DNA of 64,000 nucleotides, from positions 86,988,001 through 87,052,000 of the forward strand of contig NW_024704742.1 in NCBI RefSeq assembly GCF_018977255.1, in the 5' to 3' direction. A program made the translations under genes and the position numbers. The notes under the pieces are model-generated. The model was not told where the DNA came from. It did not search any database and saw nothing but the letters and a program-made list of their open reading frames with translations. This DNA comes from Callorhinchus milii. Lineage: Eukaryota. This document shows positions 38,833 to 50,800 of this stretch, piece by piece (positions within the stretch are counted from its first letter, which is position 1; each line of letters starts with the position of its first letter).

Positions 38833-41800
38833 GTAGGAACTGAACCCAAACTGATTTGACTTTAAACATGAACAGTAATAAATGAATGAATACCCTAAGT
38901 GTTGATTAATTCTGTTGAAGAAATACTATTCATAGAACAATATAAAAAAAGTTCTTTGGAAACTTCTAGTACACAAAGATTTATGTTATTTTACTGTAAT
39001 GAAAGTGACATTAACACAAATGTAAGATTATCAATTTAAGTATAAATTGAAGTGCATATGTTTGATTGAAATAAACTGACAATGAGCCATCTGATTACAG
39101 CATGAGATATTTATATTTATCTTTCAGCTCAGTTTGTTATCAGAGTAAACATGAAGTGTTTCCCCTCTGCATAATCTGTTCTGCCAGTGTTATTTTCTAG
39201 CAATTAACCAATCTAGGATTCCTTCACCTTCAAGCCTGCTGTCGTCTATAGGTCTATTATAAGTCTACCTGCATGATTTCATGTCTAAGTTGTGATTCTG
39301 ACAGCTGGTTGGGCTCTGCACTGTATCATCGCCTAAGTGTTGGGCTAACAAGGTTACAAATAAATGAAACATTGAATGACAGTAAATGATGGATATCATG
39401 TCGAATCTTTCAGTAATCCATATAACCATAGAAATTTACAGCACCTGAGAAGGCCATTCTACCCATCATGTCTGTGCTCGCCGCTAAGCTATAAGAGAGT
39501 AATTTAGGGTACATCTGGGACATTTGGCAATGATTTGTTGCAAAACATGTGGTATTTAATGGGAAGAGAGAGCCTTGCTCCTTGGAGGAGGGAGCAATGC
39601 AATTTGTGCGACTGTAATATAAAAGTGTTGCGTTGAAATTTGTATGGGGATTGCTCCTTTAAATTGTGTTTCACAGCTCTCAGACTATCCCTTAAATGAC
39701 TAGCCCCTTGGAAGTTTCATAAAACAGATTTGTTAATGATCAAATATGTTCAGAAAAGTCCCATTTTTCCATTTGACCCCTTCCCCCCGGCAGACATCAG
39801 CTCAATGGCTGAGCCAGAAGAAATCCTTGTTGCTATTGTTTTGATTTTAGTGCTGCTTTGTGGGAAACCGACAAGGTTAACTTAATCTGTGTCCTGTGGT
39901 TTGGCAGTGACACACCAGCTCGGGCCCAGAGCAAGAATCAGGGCCAGGAGTGGGAATCCAAGGCAGCAGTGTATAAATAATAATAATAATAGTAATAATC
40001 CTTGCATTTGATATAATCATCAAACAAGTTTCAAACCCAACCATTCATCCCAAGGCAGGAAGGAGGTGGGAGTTGGGAAGAAAGCACAAATGGGGATTTC
40101 ACAGCTGCGGTCAGTCTTTAAGAATCGATGGCAAATTATGATACTTTAGGACAGATTTGATAAACCATTTAATAATTAATTTAATCTTTTATGGAACTAG
40201 GCAAATTTTCACCCCGTGGTCCTGAAATGTGGCATTGAAATGTCAGCTGTGGAGTAGGGATCCAGAGACCAGATTGGGGCCAGCAGTGGGAATCGAAGGC
40301 AGCAGTGCAGAAATCACTGAACCAGTTTCAAACCCAACTATTAATCCCAAGCCACCACCCATCCAGTCTGTTCTTACTTTTAGATGCTGTCTGATGTGAA
40401 GGAAGCTATATAGACCCAAGTTGTTGTTGTAATGACCAGTCATAAGGGCACAGCCTTAAAAATAGAACCAAGCCAGACAGAACTGAGGTCATGAAAATGT
40501 CCTCACCGAGAGGGTTGTGAAGATGTGGAGCACTCTGCTCCAGAAAGCTGCAGAAGTGAAATCAATAGGGATTTTTGAAATCAAGAGAGATAGACAGATA
40601 GATACCCGGGTAGTAGAGGTATTAAGGAAGATGACAAAAGGATATTGGCTCTGGAAGATAAAGTGGTGGAACAGGCTCAATAGGCTGAATTGCAGCCTAC
40701 TCCTCCTGTTTCCCTATGTGCTATCCCTTCAGCTTTTGTTACCTTTATTACCGCAGCTGCTAAAAACATTTGGAAGAATGTGAAGAATGTGAGAGTGATG
40801 TACGCAACAAAAATTGGCCACTAATCTTTTCCTTTTCTCTCCTTGAAGGAAAACTATGTACCAGCCGCAACAGATGCCTCAAAAGGTAAGTCCTTGCCTG
40901 TGTCTAGCACAACATTAAAAGCTCTGAAACAAGCTGAATAATTTTTTCACATTGATTTTACTTGAGCAACAACAGATCCGTGCTAGTAGTTTCAGCCACT
41001 CTGTCTCCACTCTAGGAACTCCATCCTAGAATCTCAATGGAGGCCTGTAGCTCAGTGGTTAGAGCACTTGCCTTGCAAGCGAGACACGTGGGTTCAATTC
41101 CAGGCAGAGGGCGAAACCTTGGGCAAGTTTCCTTCCTCCACACGCCTAATAATAATCCCTCCAAAAAACAAAACAATAATAAATTGGTCATTTTTAATCC
41201 ACGACTGTTTGTGGGACACTGCTGTGCACAATTGGCTGCTGCGTTTTGCCCACAAATATTCAGTCAATTCATTTTATAGCGTATTCTGTGAAGCGCTTTG
41301 AGACGTCTAGAAGACGTGAAAAGTGCTATATCAAATGCAAGAATTATTATTATTATAATGCCTTTCCCTCTCCCTTCCCACCTTCAAACCCTGCCTAAAG
41401 ATCTACCTTGTTGCTCTAGGACTATAACCTGTGTGAGGGGTGTTATATAGATGCAAGTTGTTGTTGTTGTCTGTGCTTTCAGTCACTTTTTCCCTCCCAC
41501 CCACTCACTTCAGGCTCCCAGTCAGCAGTGTGAAGGACTTTGAGATGCCACCTCGACATGAAAAATAAATAAATGTAAATTGTTGTTGTCATTTCACCAG
41601 CCATTGATGTGGATGCATCGGATATCAAAGCTCTCTTCAGGCGGAGTCAGGCTCTGGAAAAGCTGGGAAAACTGGACCAGGCGTTCAAAGATGTACAGCG
41701 CTGTGTCACAATCGAGCCTAAAAACAAAACCTTTCAAGAAATGTTGCGACATCTGAATACTAACATCCAGGAGAAGGTTAGAAACTATGGTGTAACATTT

Positions 41801-44800
41801 ATGATAGTTCTTAAGTATTTATATAGATTGTACAACACAGAAACAGGCCATTGTGGCCCAAATAGTCTGCCCCGGTGTTTAAATGACACACAAATCTGAA
41901 TATCAGTTGGGAATCGAACCCGGGCCTCCCATGTGGCAGGTGAGAATCCCCCACTGAAGCGCCAATACACATTAGCTCTGATGTTAATTGTTGTTTCAAT
42001 GTCACACTCTGCCTGTTGTATTACCCTGGCTGATCACTGGGGCGGAGTCGTCTCTCACCGAGTTCTCTGATGTTCAAACTGATCTGCGGGCATCTCGGAA
42101 TTCTAGCCAAAAGGTTTTTTTTGACCCTCAAAGAGTGAAGTAGTTTTGTTTTTGTTTTAACACTTATTTACTGGCTTGGATCTTCGAGTGAGTGATGGTT
42201 TGTGTTCATTACGGCCCAGAATATATTAGTTCATAGTCGACTTTGGACTTAGCTCGGTGTTACCTTTGAGAGCACTGCATTTATGCACTGTCTTGGCCAA
42301 TAAACCTTCAGATAAATTGATAAATGCACTGCATGACTGCCATTGTTGTATGAAAAATTGGCTGCTACATTTGCCAATGAATGCAGTCACTACTCTTCCA
42401 GAAACTCTTTCAAAGTGCGCTGAATGTGAATAAAATCCATCATTTTTGTTAAAAAGCTTACATTTAGTTTGTGACTTTTTCCCTGTTTCAACAGCTGAAA
42501 ATTCAGTTCTCCACAGATAGCAGAGTAGAAAGGATGTTTGAGGTCTTACTTGATGAGAACACTGACAAAGAGAAGAAAGAAAAGGTTTGTTTTCCTCTTG
42601 TTTGGTCGAGGGTGAGACTTTTATGTGTTTTTTCCAATTTCTTTGCTCAATATATTCAAAAACATGTTGATGATTGGTGGCAGATTTGTCACACTTTTCA
42701 ACATTCACATCACATATCACATTTCTCATCTCAATAAATCCACCCTCAAGCCCTCCAAATTCTCCCTATTCTTTCCGGGCATTTTGCGGAATTGTAAATG
42801 CTGTTATTTTAATGTGTCAGTGTGGCTCATTTGGTACCGTTTTCCCTTCCAAGTTAGAAGATTGTGGGTTCAAGCCCCATGTTGGAACTTTAACTTCCTT
42901 GTCTCCAGTGTAGTACTGGAGAGGTGTCACATTGCCAGAGGTGCTGTCCTTCGGATGAGTCATCAAACTGAGGTCTTGTCTGCTGTCCAGGTGGAAGGTA
43001 AACGTCCCATGGCACTATTTGCAAAGAGAAGGGAGATTCTCCTGGTGTACTGGCCAACAATCCTCCAGATCAATTGATAAATTTACTTCATGGCTGTTTG
43101 TGTGCCATTACTGTATGCAAATTGGCTGCCACTTTTGCCTATAAATGCACAGTCACTACTCTTCACAGAAACATATTTGAGAAATTTCGACATGATGAGG
43201 CACTATATCAAAAGCAAGTGTCATCATTATTCTTATTTTATCATCATTTTCTCTTCCCTCTGGTTCAGATTTTTTGGGTGTTAAATTAACTATATATATA
43301 TATAATATATGATAGGTATAAAGATTATCTATCATCAACATCACATTTACAATATAAGATCCACCTCAGTTCCCATCCTCAGCATGGGTGGTCATCCACC
43401 ATTGTGAATCACTTTGCGACATTCTCCCGATGTGAAATGCGTTAAATAAATCTAAACTGCATTATATTATACCCTAGCCCCAGCTTGGGTCCAAACCCAG
43501 CGCTTTGGGACATCCTCCTGACATGAAAGCACTTTATAAATGCAATTTGTTGTTGTTGTATTGTCAGACTTCAGGGAATGCCTTTGCATTCATACAAAAT
43601 GCTCCTTCATTATGTCACCAAAGAGCAGAGGGCAACAATGAAATTTTTTACCACTGCAGAAATTCAGGATTAATTCCATCAATTTGATGCCAAAATTAAC
43701 ATACAGCAGTGAAGAAGAGATTTTGTCCACTTCATCCACAAAACACAGTCACTGCACTTAACAGAATATCGTGAAGCACTCTGGGATATCCTCTTGACCT
43801 GAACGTTGCTATAATAAGAACCTTGCTATGCCAAATCTAAGGATCATTTATTATTATATTTTGCTACAAAGCAATTGATTATTATTCGCACCCATTACTT
43901 CAAAAGAAATGGAAAGCAAAACTTTAATTTATGATCTCAAACTGATTTAGCCAAAAAAGGGTATTTTCTCAGATAATAAATTGCACGTTTTTGTTTAATG
44001 ACAATAAAGAGCTGGCATGTATGTATTATTCCAAATATTAGTTTAACATTTCTCCCCAAATATAATTTCTTTATGCAGGCTATAAGCAATATGATTGTCC
44101 TGGCGAGGGAGGATTCTGGAGCTGAAAAGATTTTCAGAAATGGTGGTGTTGATCTCTTGCTGCGTCTCATTGAAACCAAGGACCCAGAGATGATCCTTGC
44201 TGCTATAAGAACACTTTCAGGCATGTGCAGTCGGCACAAGGCAAGGGTGAGTGACAACCATACTGAGTAAAGTGTTCTAACAATTTAAAGGAGTAAATGA
44301 CTGCACAAGAGCTTTTGTTCCACACAGCAGCAATAATGTAAATGATAATAATAAAAAAATTACACAAGTACATACAGACAGGACAATCAGCTGTAACAGA
44401 ACAGATATTATCATAAAGAATCAAATAGATTAAACATGTAGTATGATTGATGTGGCTGTCCCGAATTATTACAATGTGAAAAATAAGGACATAGTTCCTA
44501 TAGTCATTGGTGAAACTGGGACTGTTAATAAGACTATTTATAGGTAGCTTGACAAAATACCCGGTGAATAAAATATCAACCTCCTGCAAAAAGTAGCTAT
44601 TTGGGGAAGCTCAAATATATCAAGAAAAATAACATAAGTAAAGTGGCAGCTTGACCCATCACTGAAACCTATTTACATCTTACCGCTACAAAGCGAGTTA
44701 AATTGTAATAATAATCCTTGCATTTGGTATAGGGTCTTTCACGTTGGGAGGATGACTCAAAGCACTTTACAGGATTTTACATTTACAGGATTTTACATTT

Positions 44801-47800
44801 TGTAGGCAAACAATGACACAATTTGCACACGGCAATGTTCTACAAACATCCATGAAATGAAAGACCAATTGTATCTGGGGGATTGTTAGCCAGGACACAG
44901 GATACAATTGGTCTTTCATTTCACATTGGGACTTTGAACACATAGACTAGGCTCATGCTGCAAGGCATTACTAGGAGCGCGCTGCAGTGTTGGTGGAGCC
45001 GTCCATCGGATGAGATGCGAAACCGAGTGCCGGCCTGCCTGTTCAGGGGAAGTTAAAGATCCTATTCGAACAGAGGAGAAAGTTTCTTCTGATGTCCTGG
45101 TCAACAAAACAAAATTGTGAGCCAGGACATAGGAGAAATTCTCTTTTTTCTTATCGAATGGTGCAATGGAATTTTTAATGTCCATCTGAACAGACAGATG
45201 GGACTTTGATTTAGCATCTCCTCCAAACGACAGCATCTTCAAAGATGCAGGGCTGTTGTGAAACATCATGTTTTTCACCCTTACACTTACCCTCTAGCAG
45301 CTCATTTTCCCATAAGCAGCCTACTGTTTATTTCAACTATCTCTAACCTGACTAATTATTGTAAAACCTAATGAGCCAATATCCCCACTTGGGAATTCCA
45401 AACAAAATCCGTCACTCACTTCATGGCTGTTTATGGGACACTGCTGTGTGCAAATTGGCTGTTGCATTTGCCTGCAAATAAACAGTAACTACATTCACGG
45501 TGAAAAACTTTGAAGTGCTTTGAGACATCTCGATGACACGATAAGGTACTATATCAGATGCAAGAATTAATAATTATAATATGAATGAAGGTAATTCACA
45601 AAAGCATTCTTGAATCTCTTCCATATTAATTGACAAAGCATCGGGCTGCCTTTCCAATTGGTGTTGCATATTGAGTTGTGTCAGACACAGAAGAGGTGTC
45701 TCCATTGAAATTATGCATTGCCAGAGGTGCTATTCATAACACTGACCAGAATTTCAGCCTTCTTACTGGTAATCAGCAAGTGTTCAGTCAGAAAGAGCAG
45801 AGATTCCTTATCTTAACTCTACTGAAGGCGGGAGGGTGTGTTATGAGGTTGTAGCTCTTAGAATAAAAACGATCATTGGTTATCCATAATCGTTAGGTAG
45901 CTTACTATTCCTACTGGCAGATATAATGTATTTCCTGTCAAACCTGATTAGCAGAGGAATTCCTGATCTTGAAATAGCAAATAAATTATTAAACAGGATG
46001 TTCAGCTTCTGAAAATTGCATTTCAAAGTTAAGCTTAAGGCAGCAAATAATAATAATTCTCGCATTTGATACAATGTGTTTCAAGTCGTGAGGACATCTC
46101 AAAGTGCTTCACATGATTCACTGTAAAGTGTAGTGACTATTATTGTAGGCGAATGGGGCAGTCAATTTCCCACAATAGAATACAATTCTACAATTTGCAT
46201 TTATATAGCGCCTCTCATGTCAGGAGTGTCTCAGAATGCTTGAACAAACATCCATGAAATGAATGGTCTATATTTGGTAATAAAGTACTTTATACTAACA
46301 ACAAAAGTCCTTGCATTTGATATAGTGCCTTACAGCCTAGCTCAGTTTGGCACACTCTCGCCTCTGAGTCAGAATGCTGTGGGTTCAAGGCCAACATCAG
46401 GAACAACTTGGAACACATATAGTCTCTGCTAGTGCTGACCAAACTACAGCCCATGGGCTGGTTCTGGCCTGTAGCGTTGTCATGAGGCGCACCCCACCCC
46501 CGAATAGTTGTAATAATCTAAGTAAGTCTGTGTTCGATCAGTAGAGGATTTTCTTGATTGAATATTTCTTGATGTATCAAGAAATATTCAATCAAAAAAA
46601 TTAATTTGTTGGCCGATCAAAATGAGTGTTCGATGCTGTCACTTCAGTGCAGTGCTGGTGGGATGCTGACTGCATACAGTGAAAGCTGCTTTAGCCGGAT
46701 ACTAGTTAACCCCATACAAAGACCCCAGCCCCGATTCATTTATATTCTTGCCTGTTTAAAATATGCCGGTTAATCCGGACAAAATGCCACACTGGTCCCG
46801 GCTGCGTCTACTCACTCCTTCCCACCTTCTGTGTCTCGAGCGGCTCCACTCAGCCATGTGCGTCTCCAGGATGGAGGTGAGAAGAGTTAACGTGATTAAT
46901 TGGCAGCGGTTTCCAGCCATTCACAAGTGGCTCCAGGCTGTCAATCAGTGAGGGGGCGCGTGGAGGAACGGGGCAGAAACAAGGGAGGGAATAGGAAGAG
47001 TCAAATCGTGATTGATTGACAGCTAGAACTGCTTATGAACGGGTGGAGTCTATCTATTCACAACCGGCTTCAGGGTGTCAACCACGTAGGAGCCGCCACC
47101 GCTAATTGGTCTCCTTCCTGTCCACTGGGAACTGCAATAGGAGAGAGGAGGCACTGCCACCACCCCTCTACTGGGAGGGAAGAGAACTTCACCTAGCCTC
47201 GGACACCACTTAAGCCAAACCAAAAATTCAGCCTGATGTGTCCAGCTTAAGCGGCTTCCACTATATCTGCAGGTGAACGACTTTACATTGAAAGTGCTCA
47301 AGTACTTGTCCCCCATCCACCCCACCTCTTTGTGAATGACCAAAAAATGGTCATTTACTTTATGGTTGTTTCTGGGACAATATTATGGGCAAAAATTGAC
47401 TGGTGCATTCGTCTACAAATACAAGCCACTACATTTCACAGTAAAATCCTGTAAAGCACTTTGAGGTGTCTCAATTGCATGATAAGGTATTATATCAAAT
47501 TCAAGTATTATTCATTACATAAATATAAATGATATCATATTGACAATACCGCTTCTTTTTAATTCTATTCAGCAGCGCAAAGCAAATACATATTAATGAA
47601 CTCATTTGCATTGATTTCCACCTTCCTTTGACTCTGGCGTGTTTGAATTTCTGAGATGTGCCTGCAATTAAATTACCTTATTCAGTGCATGTCAAACAAT
47701 GTAATGTACTCCCCACAGTCAAAAATAACAAAATCTTATTCTATTTATTTTAAAGACGTGCCATTTGTGGACAACACGTCTATAGGGATCAGGCCTATGA

Positions 47801-50800
47801 CCGTTTCAAACTCACTTGATTGTTTTTCTCAATGGTACCTCACCAGTAAACGTATCACATTACTGCATAAAACATTCAGCGGGAAACAATTGCTTCCTGT
47901 ATTAATTCTGCGTCCTTTGCAGCAGAAAGCAAAGAGAAATGTCAAGGCAATAAGGTGAATGAGGATATATATTACCTGAAGGGAAAAATACATTATGCAA
48001 TTATATTTTGATGTAATTAAATGCAAATCCACTAGAATGTGGTGCTGTGAATGAAACAGAAGCAATATAATTTAGGATTGGGTGGTTTGGGCGGGTGTTT
48101 GGGGGAGGCGGGAGGAATGTAGCATGTCCTTTTTGGGGGGTTAGGCCTGCTCACCCCCAGTAACTGAATTAGATCAAAACGTTCCATTTTGGGAACAATT
48201 TTCCAAATTGAGACATCAATTGAGACATCCCTACAGACAAGCCCGAATCCCCTCCAAATTCTTGTGATAATTGATGTCATGTTGCCAGCCTGACTCAGTT
48301 GGTTGCACTCTCGCCTCTGAGTTAGAAGGTTGTGGCTTCAAGCCCCAGTGTCTCACTTCACACATGTTTGTGAGTCATTGCTATGTGCAAATTGACTGCT
48401 GCGATGGCCTGCAAAATATATACAGCCAATATGATTTATGGTAAAATCCTGTGAAGCACGTCGAGGCGTTTCAACAATGTGATAAGGCATTATATTAAGT
48501 GCAAGGATTATAAGAATTATCACAGCATCTGCTGCATATGCCTCCCACAAATTAGCAGGATGAAAATGTGCTCAGTAATTCATCAAAAAAATCCACAGAG
48601 GTGTACGGTCCAAAGTAATTCAGAAAGGGTTAGGAAAAGCTTTCAACATTGATGTAACTATGAATTAATTGCATACAAAACACATGCCCAACTTTTCTTA
48701 TTTGAGTACCTATCATTTTATGTGTTTTGCCTCATTTTCCAAACACAGGCTTTTTGGGATGTACTAAACAGGAGTGATCCCCAATGACACAGTCAATGAC
48801 TGATGTGAAAAAGCACGTCACCCTATTGGTCATTTGTCATTGCTGCCATCTGCTGTTGGATGAACCTCAGCGAACTGGCTATTGATTGGATGGTGGCAAA
48901 GCTCTCACTCTCACTGAGCTGCTCACCAGGAAGCTCGCAAGTTGTTTCTGGTACCTACTATCCCACCTCCTGGGACCTCAAATACACTTGTCTGACATCT
49001 AATGAGCAACTAGTGATTATCCTTGTGGGTTGCGAGGGGTAAGGAGAGGGGTGAAAATGAAAGATCTCCTTCAGGCTGATCTGCTTCCAACATGACGTGC
49101 CTAACAACGAAATACTGGAATCGAGCCCATCCTCTGTGGCAGTCTTGATCACCTAGTTTCTGAGCCAGGTGGGTCTGCAGTAAACAAAGGCACTGTTGAT
49201 GACAGATCATCCAGTCTGGCTCATCGAGAGGACTTGGAAGGGCAGACTAGTCAATGGGGGCAAGTATTCTTCCCGCTCAACTCCTGTTAACTGTGCAAAC
49301 CAAAGCCTTAACAGGTAGTGTGGCCCTAGCTGGACAAACAGCGATAAGGTTGCATAACAGTGCTCTCAATGTCAAACTATGTGGTTTTATTTGGTTCAGG
49401 TACTCTAATACTCTCTGGAATTAGATAAACACACTGTGTTTCTCTTTGGAAAGAGAGTGCATTTCATTCCAGACACAGGGAAATTTCCAAAAGTGGGTGA
49501 CATGGATACGTGGAACTTTTGGGTTTGAATATTCCCATGCATAGTGATTTGCAGTCACCTGACATAGTAATAATAATAATCCTTGCATTTGATATAGCGC
49601 TTTACACGTAGGGAGGACGTCCCAAAGCGCTTCACAGAACACACTGTAAAAGGAATTGACTGTATATTTGTGGGGCGAACGCAGCAGCCAATTGCGCACA
49701 GCATGTCCCACAAACAGTCATGGATTGAAAATGACCAATTTATTATTGTTTTGTTTTTTGGAGGGATTATTATTAGGCGTGTGGAGTAAGGAAACTTGCC
49801 CAAGGTTTCGCCCTGCCTGGAATTGAACTCAGGTCTCTCGTTTGCAAAGCGAGTGCTCTAACCACTGAGCTACAGGACTTCACGACATGAAGTTACTTCA
49901 TGGTTCACGACCAGGAGTTACTAACTTCTGATTTCTCTCATTCCTGGATGGGATGTTAAGCTTGCTGTCTGACTGGCAATGTTGTGTTCACAGGCTTGCG
50001 CTATAATGCATTTGGTGAATTTGGAAAAGATTTGCAGTATCATGGCACTAGATCATGAAGAAATTGCCTTGTCCACCTGCAACCTCTTGCAGACCATCTT
50101 GGAGACCTTTAGTGGAGAAGACATGAAGGATCCCCGTGGCAAGGAGGAAGCTATGCTGCTGGGTAACTATCAGTCAGTCTGTGTGGATCATAACGTAAAG
50201 TATTGATGAGTTGAGCATTAATGGATTGCAGCTGCAGCTGACGTATATTATCATTCTAATCCTTTAGAGAGTTTGAAGACCACAGCACAGTAGGACCTGC
50301 TTTTTACACTGATGACTCCACACGCTAAATAAGGCTCTGATCTCAGCCTAACTGATGTCAGTGCATAGGCAGGGAAGAAAAATTGGCAGTCACATCAGTC
50401 TTCTGTATCTCCTCTGTATCTATCAATGATTCTTTCAAGAGCTAGCATTGGAAGATGTCTGGTTGGAGGTCACATTAACAAGACAACGTTATGAGTGACT
50501 AAAAGAGAAAAGAGGGGGAGACGAGTGCAAAATCAAGAAAAAATCAGTCGCAAATTTCTACCCAGGACAGTATTTTGTAAAGTATTTTGTAGAGCGATGA
50601 TAAAATAGTATCCCAGTATTAATAATTGTGAAGAATTAATCGTTTATTTATAAGTTGATTTTAATTAATTAAACATTAAAAATAGGAAGAACAGCGTGTT
50701 AAACCTTCTGATTGACCGCGAATCAAGAGAGCACTTTTGATGTTTTGCAGCTGTTTTATTGATATATATTATTCTGCAGACACAACTCGAGATGAAAAAA

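Noticed and set aside
41899..41968. Functional tRNA-Gly(GCC)
   Set aside because: The T stem has two C-A mismatches, the anticodon stem is mismatched and the D loop is altered; treated as a pseudogene or SINE head.
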